This document shows, one piece after another, positions 8,387 through 17,909 of a stretch of 64,000 bases of DNA. The DNA comes from Nitrosopumilus sp. GTDB lineage: Archaea; Thermoproteota; Nitrososphaeria; Nitrososphaerales; Nitrosopumilaceae. The DNA lies in assembly GCA_965204345.1 (NCBI GenBank), contig OZ241981.1:1056001-1120000 (forward strand). The letters are read 5' to 3'. The position numbers and the translations under genes are program-made. Under the pieces are notes generated by a model. The model saw only the letters and a list, made by a program, of their open reading frames with translations. It made no database searches and was not told the DNA's origin. Position 1 is the first letter of the stretch. Each line of letters opens with the position of its first letter.

Positions 8387-9259
8387 TTATCTTTTTTTGA
8401 GCCAGTCAGACAAAATCTTGTTTGCCATCTGATCAGGATTCACATTGTTTTTGCTTGCATGTTTTTTTAATTTTCTTGCAGCACCCTTTGTCAACTCAAG
8501 TTTGATTTTTTGTTGCAGCATGCGGGATTTTGCAATTTTTAATAATTTTTTATGGGATGACTTTGGACTGCGAGCCAATACACGCAGGTATTCTTTTCGG
8601 AGCTTTATGTCCAATGGGGCTATTTTTTGTATAATGTTTTCAATTTTTTGGATGTTGGAGACTATTTGGTATAGTTTGGTGATATCATCACGAGAAATTT
8701 CTTGTGGGACATACTGTCTTAATCTATCTGGAACCGCTGCAAATCCAAGGTATTTCTTTAGGGTCTGGGATGAAATTCCAAGGGATTGTGCGGCCTTTGA
8801 CTTGCCAGTTTTTTCAGTCAAGAAGACACATGCAGCAGTCATATCTCTGGTATTCATCTTGTTTCTGTGCAGGTTTTCGACTACCGATGCTGCCTTTGCA
8901 TCCTCAAGATCATACTTTGAGGAGTTAGTTAATAGCAATACGGGAATTTTCTTTGCCCTCAGCCTCTTGAGAGCTGCCAGCCTTCTTTGGCCGGACATCA
9001 GGAGATAGGAATTTTTTGCTTCCTTTTGGACCATTGGAGGATTTTGCAATCCCTCATTTTTGATAGAGCGTGCAAGCTCGGCAATCCCTTCTTTGTCTAG
9101 TTTTCTGGCCTGAGCCTGCCTCCATACTTTGATGTATTTGATTGGAATCTCAGTTAGCCTGTAATTGATCTTAGAATTGTAACGTTTAGCCACGCTAACT
9201 TGCGGGATTGATTTTTGATAAAACATGCTAGCTGTAATTAGTTGACAAAAAACAGACAT
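8387..9259 (-). CDS. ParB/Spo0J-like protein
   Basis: LARSIKNEGLQNPPMV, SGQRRLAA and VENLHR ParB motifs, plus an HTH (AAQSLGIS). True start probably further downstream. Confidence 0.85.
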   Translation of the reverse strand: MSVFCQLITASMFYQKSIPQVSVAKRYNSKINYRLTEIPIKYIKVWRQAQARKLDKEGIAELARSIKNEGLQNPPMVQKEAKNSYLLMSGQRRLAALKRLRAKKIPVLLLTNSSKYDLEDAKAASVVENLHRNKMNTRDMTAACVFLTEKTGKSKAAQSLGISSQTLKKYLGFAAVPDRLRQYVPQEISRDDITKLYQIVSNIQKIENIIQKIAPLDIKLRKEYLRVLARSPKSSHKKLLKIAKSRMLQQKIKLELTKGAARKLKKHASKNNVNPDQMANKILSDWLKKR

Positions 9260-9498
9260 TCATTAAAGTATTTTTTCATATTTTACGATTAAAAACAAAT
9301 GCAGAAAAGAGAAAAATGGTTTTATAATCTCTAGTGTGAAGGAACAGTTGGATTTTCAGTATCAGGTGTTTCTTGCAATGCGATGTTTTTCTCTGCAATG
9401 AATCCGTGTTATCATTGTAACCCAGCCTCCATATGATTTCCAGTCAGAGAGACACCTTCTTCTTTGAACATAAATTAGATGCAGATTAATTTCAAAAT

Positions 9499-9584
9499 GC
9501 ATGGGTTTGAGCCTGGTCAAAATAGATCGACTATCAGTTGATTACCACAGGGTTTCGTGGGTTCAAATCCCACTCCATACATCA
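9499..9584 (+). pseudogene. degenerate tRNA (Leu-type body)
   Basis: Acceptor GCATGGG/TCCATAC; D-loop GAGCCTGGTCAAA; stem ATCGA/TTGAT; long variable arm; intact T arm GTGGG-TTCAAAT-CCCAC. D stem is broken and the anticodon loop is abnormal. Confidence 0.7.
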
Positions 9585-9787
9585 TTGATGTGCCTGAAAA
9601 AATAACAACTGTTAATTATAATTATTGTGGTTAGATTAATGATAGTCGATTACCTGATGGTAATTATGATTGAGCTTGAAAATGGTTCCTAGTCTTTTTT
9701 AATTTAAAACTTTAATTCAATTTATCCCATAAAATTATCTTGCTTTTGCATTCTCATTTAACCAAACATATACCACTCAAAGAAGTC

Positions 9788-10032
9788 GATTCTGTTAAGT
9801 AACCAAACCTACACTGTATCTTCTTTGCGTTAAGCATAAAGACCTAAAGTTCATTCTCATATTTTCTTAAAAATTATAAAATATTATTGATTATTTGGAT
9901 GGATCTCTTTTAAATAAGAACGGTTTATTCTGGTGAGAATTTCCTTTATGGCATTATGTAAAATATCTACAATTTCCTCTTCGTTATACCAATCCGATAA
10001 AAAAGAAAAGAAAGAGGTGGCTTAACAGAACC
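9788..10032. mobile_element. IS6-type MITE or internally deleted element
   Basis: Left end GATTCTGTTAAGTAACC versus reverse complement of the right end GGTTCTGTTAAGCCACC (14/17). Same tcGATTCTGTT...AACAGAACCt end signature as 5228-6347. No ORF inside. Confidence 0.6.
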
Positions 10033-10075
10033 TCAGACCACAAACAATTATAATCATAAAAACAAAAACCCCAGC

Positions 10076-10627
10076 ATGTCTGAAAATACCGTACTCCCAG
10101 GTGAGAAAATAGCGGCAATTGAAGAATATGAGGCAGGAGACAACGCCTTTGATGATGGAGATATGGTCAGAGCGGCAACAGTTGGAGAGAAAGATATTGA
10201 CAAGGCATCACGAACAGCCAACATAAAAAATCCAAAACTTTTGTCAATTCCCAAAGTTGGGGACATCATAATTGGAACAGTTGCAGCAGTAATGTCATCA
10301 ATGATTGCAGTTTCAATAGACTACATTAACGGCAAGCCAACCACCTCAAAAGTTGAATGCGTATGCGCAACAAGAAATTTACGAATAAGAAATATAGCTC
10401 TAGTCAATGACATAGTAACACTGAAAATTCTTAATCATCTTAACGGCACAATCCATGCTGGAATTAGCGAGCCGAATCTGGGAATTTTGTTCACTAAATG
10501 TAGAAAGTGCGGGGGCAAGGTTGTCCCAATGCGTGATGCAATAAAGTGCACGGACTGTGCATGGATTGATGAAAGAAAACTTTCCTCAAATTTTGGAAAC
10601 AGTGATTTCGTAAATCTAAGAGGCTAA
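10076..10627 (+). CDS. csl4: exosome RNA-binding protein Csl4
   Basis: VLPGEKI..EEY..G, S1 domain, C-terminal CRKC...CTDC..ERKLS Zn ribbon. Confidence 0.92.
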   Translation: MSENTVLPGEKIAAIEEYEAGDNAFDDGDMVRAATVGEKDIDKASRTANIKNPKLLSIPKVGDIIIGTVAAVMSSMIAVSIDYINGKPTTSKVECVCATRNLRIRNIALVNDIVTLKILNHLNGTIHAGISEPNLGILFTKCRKCGGKVVPMRDAIKCTDCAWIDERKLSSNFGNSDFVNLRG

Positions 10628-10630
10628 GAG

Positions 10631-11446
10631 ATGATACGCGTATCGTTCCAGGGTGAACGAGGTGCATATAGTGAGGCAGCAGCAAAATCATTTTTTACCG
10701 AAAAGGTTCAGACTGTTCCCCTTTCTACGTTTGCCGAAGCGTTACAAAGCACATCTGAGAATAAAACCCAGTATGCGGTTTTACCAGTAGAGAATTCACT
10801 GGAAGGCAGTGTCGGGGAAAGCTATGATTTGCTGTATTTGACATCACTAAATGCAGTAGGTGAGATCTATCACAGAATTGAGCACTGCCTAATTGGAAGG
10901 GGTAAAAAAGACGAGATTGATACTGTATATTCACATCCACAGGCATTGGGTCAGTGCAGAAAATTTATTGAGGAAAACAATATGAAAACGATTCCTGCAT
11001 ACGATACAGCAGGTAGTGTAAAAATTGTCAAAGAATTAAACAATGATAACTGCGCAGGCATTGCAAGTAAGGACGCGGCAGAAATTTATGATATGCCAAT
11101 AATTTTAAGCAACATTGCAAATAATCTAAATAATTACACAAGATTTTTGATTTTATCAAAAGAATACAGTCCAAAGACAGATAACGACAAGACATCAATC
11201 ATATTCTCAATAAAGCACGAGCCTGGCTCACTATATAGGATCATAGAGAGCTTTCACAAGAACAATGTCAATCTTACAAAAATCGAATCAAGGCCAACCA
11301 AAGAAAATACGTGGGAGTATAATTTCTATGTGGATTTTGAGGGGCACAGGGATGATTCCAAGATTTCAGAGATGCTAGATAAGATAAAACAAGAGGCACT
11401 TTTCATCAAAGTTTTGGGGTCATATCCGTCTGCAAGACTAAATTAA
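10631..11446 (+). CDS. pheA: prephenate dehydratase
   Basis: FQGERGAYSE, PVENSLEGSV, SHPQALGQC, NYTRF, ACT domain with IESRP. Confidence 0.96.
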   Translation: MIRVSFQGERGAYSEAAAKSFFTEKVQTVPLSTFAEALQSTSENKTQYAVLPVENSLEGSVGESYDLLYLTSLNAVGEIYHRIEHCLIGRGKKDEIDTVYSHPQALGQCRKFIEENNMKTIPAYDTAGSVKIVKELNNDNCAGIASKDAAEIYDMPIILSNIANNLNNYTRFLILSKEYSPKTDNDKTSIIFSIKHEPGSLYRIIESFHKNNVNLTKIESRPTKENTWEYNFYVDFEGHRDDSKISEMLDKIKQEALFIKVLGSYPSARLN

Positions 11447-11447
11447 G

Positions 11448-11915
11448 TTAAAATCCCTTAGGCTTTCTTAAGGTAAAGCCCATGCTAAATCCCATAATGA
11501 TGATTCCAGAGGTCATGACCATTAGATCATATGTGAACCAGATGGGATCAGAGCTTCTAATTAGTTGACCAGTAATTGTTAGTTCTGCATCACCGGTATT
11601 TTGAATCAAAATTTTTGTTTCGCCATCCTCGACATGAGTCCAATCAAGAACTAGTTCCTCCTTGTATGACGTATTTGGAATCTGCCTTCCCTCTCCCGGG
11701 CTTTGAAGCTTTAGATCAAAAGAGTCGCCTGTGATCACCATGTGTTGCGGGGTGTCAGCCGGTGCAGGGATTGTGTAGGGTATTGAGTCACCTACTGACA
11801 AGATGTAATTCTCATTTATAGTAATTGGACCCACATGTGATATTAGAGAATAGCCTCCAATTGCAATGATTATACTGCCAACTGCCAATCCAATAATGGT
11901 TCTTTTAGATAGCAC
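11448..11915 (-). CDS. hypothetical membrane protein
   Basis: N- and C-terminal hydrophobic helices. Confidence 0.75.
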   Translation of the reverse strand: MLSKRTIIGLAVGSIIIAIGGYSLISHVGPITINENYILSVGDSIPYTIPAPADTPQHMVITGDSFDLKLQSPGEGRQIPNTSYKEELVLDWTHVEDGETKILIQNTGDAELTITGQLIRSSDPIWFTYDLMVMTSGIIIMGFSMGFTLRKPKGF

Positions 11916-11950
11916 AATTCAATGATTCTAGGTGCTGGTTAAAAAATTAT

Positions 11951-13381
11951 CTACATTAAAGAAACATCATGTGGCTGGCTTTCTGCAAATCCGGCTCTTG
12001 ACATCTTGATAAATTCCGCATTTTCTTGCATTTGAGGTATTGTATGAGCACCGCAATAGCTCAGGCCGGAACGTACCCCGCCTGTGAGCTGCTTTAGAAT
12101 ATCAGTAACGGTGCCCTTGTAAGGAACCATTGCCTCAACACCCTCTGCAACATAGTCATTAAGATCATCATCAAGGGACAGTGAGCCTGTTTCCTTGGAT
12201 TTTCTTCCAATGGATGCGGCCAATGATGCCATTCCTCGATAAACCTTGAATCGTTTTCCATTTTTGGTCAGAACCGTACCGGGGGATTCATCAGTTCCGC
12301 CCAGCATGCTGCCAACCATTACTGAGCAAGCACCGGAGGCCAATGCCTTTGTTGCATCGCCAGAAGTCCTAGTCCCGCCATCAGATATGATTGGAATCCC
12401 ATGGTCCTTTCCAACTTTGGCACAATCCATTACTGCTGTTAGCTGGGGTACGCCTGAACCGGTAATTACTCTGGTAATACAAATCGAGCCAGAACCTACG
12501 CCAACTTTTACTGCATCAACTCCTGCCCTAATCAAGTCTTCAACGCCTTGAGCAGTCGCAATATTTCCTGCAATCAGTTCACAGTCAGGAAATGCCTTTT
12601 TGATGTTGCGAATTGTACTTAGGGCATTCTCACTGTGTCCGTGAGCTATATCAACTACAAGTACATCAGCGCCTGCCTCTAAAAGGGATTCACTTCTTTC
12701 CAGAAAATCACCCCTCACCCCAACTGCAGCCCCGACTAGGGGTCTGCCTTTCTTGTCCTTAGACGCATTTGGAAAATCGGCATTATTTGTAATGTCTTTG
12801 CTTGTAATCAAGCCCCTTGCGATTCCAGAATCATCAACTATTGGCAGTTTTTCAATCCTGTGCTGATGTAAGAGTTTTTTGGATTCATCTAGTGTGACGC
12901 CAACCTTTGCAGTTACCACATCCCTGGTCATAACATCCTGAATTGTGGCAGTCTTGCTAGCAAACAGCAGGTCCCGCTCAGTTACAATCCCAATCAATTT
13001 GGAATCAGAATCAACAACCAACAAGCCTGATACCTCCTTGTCTTCTGCATAGTCTAGGGCATCTTGGATTGATTTTTCAACAGAGATAGAGTATGGATTT
13101 TCTATCATTATGCTGCCTGAACGTTTTACCTTAAGGACCTCATTTGCCTGTTCTTTAATTGTCAAAAATCTGTGAATGATTCCTATGCCCCCGGCACGAG
13201 CCATGGCACCTGCCATGGACGACTCGGTGACAGTGTCCATATTTGCACTCACAAACGGAATGCTAATTGAGATATTTCTAGATAGTTTGGTAGTTAGATC
13301 AGTCTGACTCCTGCTTGTAATATCAGAATATTTGGGTACAAGAAGAACATCGTCAAAAGTTAATCCTTCTTTAAATTCCAA
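11951..13381 (-). CDS. guaB: IMP dehydrogenase
   Basis: LTFDDVLLVP, CBS pair, GVGSGSICITR. Confidence 0.97.
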   Translation of the reverse strand: MEFKEGLTFDDVLLVPKYSDITSRSQTDLTTKLSRNISISIPFVSANMDTVTESSMAGAMARAGGIGIIHRFLTIKEQANEVLKVKRSGSIMIENPYSISVEKSIQDALDYAEDKEVSGLLVVDSDSKLIGIVTERDLLFASKTATIQDVMTRDVVTAKVGVTLDESKKLLHQHRIEKLPIVDDSGIARGLITSKDITNNADFPNASKDKKGRPLVGAAVGVRGDFLERSESLLEAGADVLVVDIAHGHSENALSTIRNIKKAFPDCELIAGNIATAQGVEDLIRAGVDAVKVGVGSGSICITRVITGSGVPQLTAVMDCAKVGKDHGIPIISDGGTRTSGDATKALASGACSVMVGSMLGGTDESPGTVLTKNGKRFKVYRGMASLAASIGRKSKETGSLSLDDDLNDYVAEGVEAMVPYKGTVTDILKQLTGGVRSGLSYCGAHTIPQMQENAEFIKMSRAGFAESQPHDVSLM

Positions 13382-13426
13382 TGAGACCTTGTTAAGAAGG
13401 TAAAATATCGATTATAAGCCTTTGTG

Positions 13427-14293
13427 TTATTTGGATAGTTGAGAGGCGATCAGTATTGCATCCCTGGCTGCCTCCACATTATGAGTACGAACGATATTAG
13501 CACCGTTCATCACAGAAACAGTTTCTGCTGCAATTGTGCCAAATAGTCGATCAGATGGATTTTCTTTTCCTAGGATTTTTCCTAGAAAGGATTTGTTGGA
13601 AACGGAGATCAGAAGAGGGTGGTTTTGTTTTAAGGAATTCAGATTCTTAATTATTGATAAATCCCGTTTTAGCCAGTCAGAATTAATTTTTGTAAAAAAC
13701 TGGCCCCTGCCAACTCTTCTAAAAAATCCAATAGCAGGATCCAACACAATTTTGTCAGAGGAGATATCGGATTTTTTTGCCAATTCAAGGCTCTCTTTAA
13801 GAAGTCTTCTAGTAGCAACCAGAGAAGAATTTTCAGGAGATGCTTTTGGACCATATGCGCATAAGATCAAAGAAGGGGAAAACTTTGAAACAACATCAGA
13901 CATCCTTTTGTCATATTTTAGTCCGGAAATATCATTGACTATTTCAACGCCGAGTTCCAAGGCATCTTTGGCGACTCTTGCCCTACAGGTATCAACGGAT
14001 ATTGGAAGATTGGTAAAGTTTTGTATTATTTTAATTGCACTGAGAATCCTTTCTGATTCAACTTGTTCTGAAACCACAGTGGACAGATACGGTGCAGTGG
14101 ACATGCCGCCAACATCAATAAAATCTGCCCCCTGATCTTCCATCAGTTTTACACGGTTTTTTATGCTGGATTTGCCGGTACTCACAGATTTTTTGTAAAA
14201 TGATTCGGGACTGGTGTTTAGAATCCCCATAACACGTACAGGGCTGTCTTTACCTACTCGGAGATTGCCAATTTTTGCCACATGGTTTATCAA
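13427..14293 (-). CDS. folP: dihydropteroate synthase
   Basis: MGILNTSPESF, DVGGMSTAP, SNKSF, RTHNV. Confidence 0.93.
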   Translation of the reverse strand: MINHVAKIGNLRVGKDSPVRVMGILNTSPESFYKKSVSTGKSSIKNRVKLMEDQGADFIDVGGMSTAPYLSTVVSEQVESERILSAIKIIQNFTNLPISVDTCRARVAKDALELGVEIVNDISGLKYDKRMSDVVSKFSPSLILCAYGPKASPENSSLVATRRLLKESLELAKKSDISSDKIVLDPAIGFFRRVGRGQFFTKINSDWLKRDLSIIKNLNSLKQNHPLLISVSNKSFLGKILGKENPSDRLFGTIAAETVSVMNGANIVRTHNVEAARDAILIASQLSK

Positions 14294-14306
14294 AAACTAA
14301 TGTAAT

Positions 14307-15053
14307 TTGAGTTATATTATGATTTTAGGTTGGAAAAAGAGATACTCAAAAATTTTAAAAGATTTCAAGTATGATCAAAAAGCTGACAAGGAATCGGCAA
14401 TTCGCTTAAATTCAGTCTTAAAAAAATCTGACATTCATAAAAAAATCGCCGGTCTAATTGAAGGCCAGACGGTCCTAGTTATTGGCTCAGGGCCATCACT
14501 GTCATCTGCGATTCCAAGATTAAAAAAATACAAAAAGACGCTAAAAATTGCCGCAGACAGTTCAGTAAAACCGCTTGTAGAGAACGGAATCATGCCAGAC
14601 ATTATTACTACTGACCTGGATGGAGACGAAAAGACGCTAAGAAAAGTCGGAAGAACAAAGTGCATTTTTGTCGTACATGCACATGGCGACAACATAGAAA
14701 AGTTGGAACTTGCCAGAAAATTTAAAAATTGTATTGGAACAACACAATCTGTTCCCTTTGGTAAAATTGAGAACTTTGGAGGATTTACAGATGGCGACAG
14801 AGGGGTATTTCTAGCAAATTATTTTCACGCAAAAAGGATCATCCTCTTTGGAATGGATTTTGACAAGCAGATAGGAAAATTCTCAAATACAAAAAAATCA
14901 GACCGAAAAACAAAGTTGAAGAAATTGAAAACAGGGGAGATTCTTTTAGAGTGGCTATCAACCATTACAAAATCAGAATTATTTACCACGTCAAGATCAA
15001 TTAAGGGATTTGAAAAAATATCATACAGGGATCTGGATATCATAATTACCTAG
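14307..15053 (+). CDS. mptE: 6-hydroxymethyl-7,8-dihydropterin pyrophosphokinase (MptE-like)
   Basis: GSGPSL, TTDLDG, VHAHGDN, NFGGFTDGDRG, GMDF; divergent from folP. Confidence 0.88.
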   Translation: MSYIMILGWKKRYSKILKDFKYDQKADKESAIRLNSVLKKSDIHKKIAGLIEGQTVLVIGSGPSLSSAIPRLKKYKKTLKIAADSSVKPLVENGIMPDIITTDLDGDEKTLRKVGRTKCIFVVHAHGDNIEKLELARKFKNCIGTTQSVPFGKIENFGGFTDGDRGVFLANYFHAKRIILFGMDFDKQIGKFSNTKKSDRKTKLKKLKTGEILLEWLSTITKSELFTTSRSIKGFEKISYRDLDIIIT

Positions 15054-15088
15054 AATGTATTTAATACCCATAAACCATTTATCAAATC

Positions 15089-15655
15089 ATGAAATTCTCA
15101 GAGGAGCAAGTAAAGGAAATTGTTGCACTAAAGGAAAGCTTGATCGAGCAAATAGATAAGCACCAAGAGGGAATAGAGATGTTAGAAAAAAATATCACGG
15201 TCCTAGACTTGTTCCTAAAAGATTCCAGTTTTACAAAGGCTTCTCAATTAGAAATAAAGACAAAAGAGAAAGGAGAAACGCAAGAAGAAAAACCAATTGA
15301 AAATTCGATTCCAATCAAGAGGAGCAGCGATGGCAAGATAATTGCAAATGCGTTTGTTACACCGGATCAGGTTTCCATAGTTGTGGATAATGAGATTGCA
15401 ATTGATGCAGATACGCCGCCCTTCAAATCATTCTTCCTGGATAGAATAATCGGGGAGATGAAAAAGAAAGACGCCATTGAGGCAGAAAACGGAAAAATCC
15501 AAAAGGAATCAATGATTGACTATATCATAAGCAAAAATGGTGCAGACATTAGAGAGATCATAATCAAAAACTATAGGCAAAAGGAAAGAATAAACGAGCT
15601 GATCAGTACGGCAGGATGGTCACTAAGCAGGATGCTTGAGAATATCAACAAGTGA
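15089..15655 (+). CDS. conserved hypothetical protein
   Basis: Clean ORF with a coiled-coil N-terminus, directly upstream of guaA. Confidence 0.75.
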   Translation: MKFSEEQVKEIVALKESLIEQIDKHQEGIEMLEKNITVLDLFLKDSSFTKASQLEIKTKEKGETQEEKPIENSIPIKRSSDGKIIANAFVTPDQVSIVVDNEIAIDADTPPFKSFFLDRIIGEMKKKDAIEAENGKIQKESMIDYIISKNGADIREIIIKNYRQKERINELISTAGWSLSRMLENINK

Positions 15656-15659
15656 TAGC

Positions 15660-17183
15660 ATGGATAAAATCGTTGTTTTAGATTTTGGATCACAGTATAG
15701 TCACTTAATTTGTAGAAGAATCAGAGAGTTCTCAGTTTATGCAGAATTGGTTCCATATGACATTGGCTATGACGAGTTGCAAAAACTAAATCCTGCAGGA
15801 ATAATTTTTTCAGGGGGTCCATCAAGCGTGTATAATTCAGACGCCCCGGTTCCAGAAAATAGGATTTTTGATATGAATTTGCCCCTGCTTGGAATTTGTT
15901 ACGGACATCAGCTGATTGTTGACAGATATGGCGGAAAGGTAAAGAGGGCAAATAAAGAATATGGATCATCATTGCTAACTATTGATAGCGACAAAGATCT
16001 TCTAAACGGTCTGGGTGAATCAGTAAGGGCATGGATGAGTCATGGTGATGAGGCAGAACAGATTCCAGAAGGGTTCAAAGTGATTGGGCATACTAAGAGC
16101 GCAAAAGCGGCGGCAATTGCATCAGAGGAAAAGTCAATCTACGGTATTCAGTTTCATCCCGAGGTAGTACATACAGAACAAGGCACGGAGATTCTCAAGA
16201 ACTTTGTCTTGAAAGTCTGTGGGGCAAAGCAAGAGTGGACAATGGAAGGCTTTGTAGATGCTGCTGTTGAAAAAATTTCAAAAATTCAGGGAAATGTGCT
16301 TTGTGGGGTAAGTGGAGGAATAGATTCCACAGTAGTGGCATTGCTAATTCACAAAGCAATTGGAGACAGACTAAAGTGTGTTTTTGTGAATAATGGCGTG
16401 TTACGACTAGATGAAGAAAAAGAGGTTGAGGAGATGTTCAGGGATAATTTCAAAGTGAATTTCACGTCAGTTGATGCGGCAAAAATATTTCTTGAGAAGC
16501 TAAGGGGAGTAGAGGATCCTGAAAAGAAAAGAAAGGTTGTAGGAGAAGAGTTTGTTCGTGTTTTCACCGAATTTGCCAAAGAAAACGGTCCGTTCAAATG
16601 GTTAGCTCAAGGTACGTTATATCCGGACGTAATTGAAAGTGGCGTATCAAAAGGACCTGCCGCGGTAATAAAGTCCCATCACAATGTTGGAGGGTTGCCA
16701 GAATGGCTCAATTTAGAAATTTTGGAGCCTTTGAGGGACTTGTATAAGGATGAAGTAAGAAAGATTGCAAGAATTCTTCAAGTTCCTCAAAAACTTTTCA
16801 TGAGACATCCATTTCCAGGTCCAGGCTTGTCAGTCAGAATTATTGGGCAAGTTACCCCAAAGAAGCTGGAGATTTGTAAGGTGGCAAGTAAAATTGTGGA
16901 GGAAGAATTGATCGAGGCAGGTTGGTACGAAAAAGTATGGCAGGCATATGCAGCCGTAGGCGATGACAGGGCCGTAGGCGTTGTAGGAGATGAAAGAAGA
17001 TACGGAAATATTGTAATGATTAGGGTAGTAGATTCAATTGATGCAATGACTGCAGATTGGACAAGACTCCCACATGGTTTATTAGAAAAAATGAGCAACA
17101 GGATAACAAATGAAATCGAGGATGTTACATGGGTTACCTATGCAATTTCAAGCAAACCGCCAGCCACGATTGAGCCGCAATAG
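15660..17183 (+). CDS. guaA: GMP synthase (glutamine-hydrolysing)
   Basis: LDFGSQY, GICYGHQ, QFHPE, SGGIDS, KSHHNVGG, KPPATIE; start moved to MDKIVV. Confidence 0.97.
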   Translation: MDKIVVLDFGSQYSHLICRRIREFSVYAELVPYDIGYDELQKLNPAGIIFSGGPSSVYNSDAPVPENRIFDMNLPLLGICYGHQLIVDRYGGKVKRANKEYGSSLLTIDSDKDLLNGLGESVRAWMSHGDEAEQIPEGFKVIGHTKSAKAAAIASEEKSIYGIQFHPEVVHTEQGTEILKNFVLKVCGAKQEWTMEGFVDAAVEKISKIQGNVLCGVSGGIDSTVVALLIHKAIGDRLKCVFVNNGVLRLDEEKEVEEMFRDNFKVNFTSVDAAKIFLEKLRGVEDPEKKRKVVGEEFVRVFTEFAKENGPFKWLAQGTLYPDVIESGVSKGPAAVIKSHHNVGGLPEWLNLEILEPLRDLYKDEVRKIARILQVPQKLFMRHPFPGPGLSVRIIGQVTPKKLEICKVASKIVEEELIEAGWYEKVWQAYAAVGDDRAVGVVGDERRYGNIVMIRVVDSIDAMTADWTRLPHGLLEKMSNRITNEIEDVTWVTYAISSKPPATIEPQ

Positions 17184-17548
17184 TGATGCATATGGAATAT
17201 GAGAAAATTTGTGATCAGATTTTAGAATGTGATGAATATATTCGGTATGTGGGGATTTACGACTATGGGGAACTTTATGAGAAGATGAGAGCCGGATTAA
17301 AAAGCTATTTAACAAGAGAGGAGACTGAGATGTCTTTATCTCAGGCAGTTTATCGTTGGTCTACACGCAAAAAGACAGCAGACAAGATTGGGAATCCGTT
17401 ATTTGCATTAGCAAAATATGAGAAGGTTTATCGGATAACTGTCCCAATTGGGGGCGCAGGGCTGATTCTAGTAAATACAGAGCTAGACATTGATGTAAAT
17501 ACGATTGTAGAAAAAATTATAACAATTAAAAATCAACATTCCACATAG
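17183..17548 (+). CDS. thaumarchaeal roadblock-like hypothetical protein
   Basis: Family pattern CDQIL..IRYVGI...G....MRAG...IG.....AKYEKV. Confidence 0.7.
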   Translation: MMHMEYEKICDQILECDEYIRYVGIYDYGELYEKMRAGLKSYLTREETEMSLSQAVYRWSTRKKTADKIGNPLFALAKYEKVYRITVPIGGAGLILVNTELDIDVNTIVEKIITIKNQHST

Positions 17549-17559
17549 TTGTAATTGAT

Positions 17560-17820
17560 ATGGATTTTCATGTTTTTGATACATACGTAAAGGCAAGAGA
17601 CGGGCATACAATGCATTTTGATGTCATAACAGATGCAAATGAAACAGAAAAAGCAATCTCTTTTGCTAAAAGATGGCTAAAATCTATTGGAGAAGAATCA
17701 TCTGCAGTAACTACAAATGAATGTAAGTTTTGCCATACTCAATCCGTTCCAGAAGATATGGAGATTCAAATAATGACAGATGGCTATTTTATTTCCAAGA
17801 TGGAAGGATGTCCAGATTAA
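17560..17820 (+). CDS. DUF2024 family protein
   Basis: HVFDTYV...MHFDV, ECKFCH, MEGC. Confidence 0.85.
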   Translation: MDFHVFDTYVKARDGHTMHFDVITDANETEKAISFAKRWLKSIGEESSAVTTNECKFCHTQSVPEDMEIQIMTDGYFISKMEGCPD

Positions 17821-17909
17821 TCAGAAGGAATGCCAGGAATAATCAGATATCTGATTGCAGTTGCGTATAATTGAGAATTTTTTGATAATTAATTCCAAAA
17901 TGGTGTAAA

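Noticed and set aside
9330-9471. Minus-strand ORF remnant MFKEEGVSL...
   Set aside because: Two consecutive stops and no recognisable family; too weak to call.
5228-10032. Whole island as one composite transposon
   Set aside because: The inner parts of the two elements' inverted repeats differ and there is no shared target-site duplication at the outer ends.
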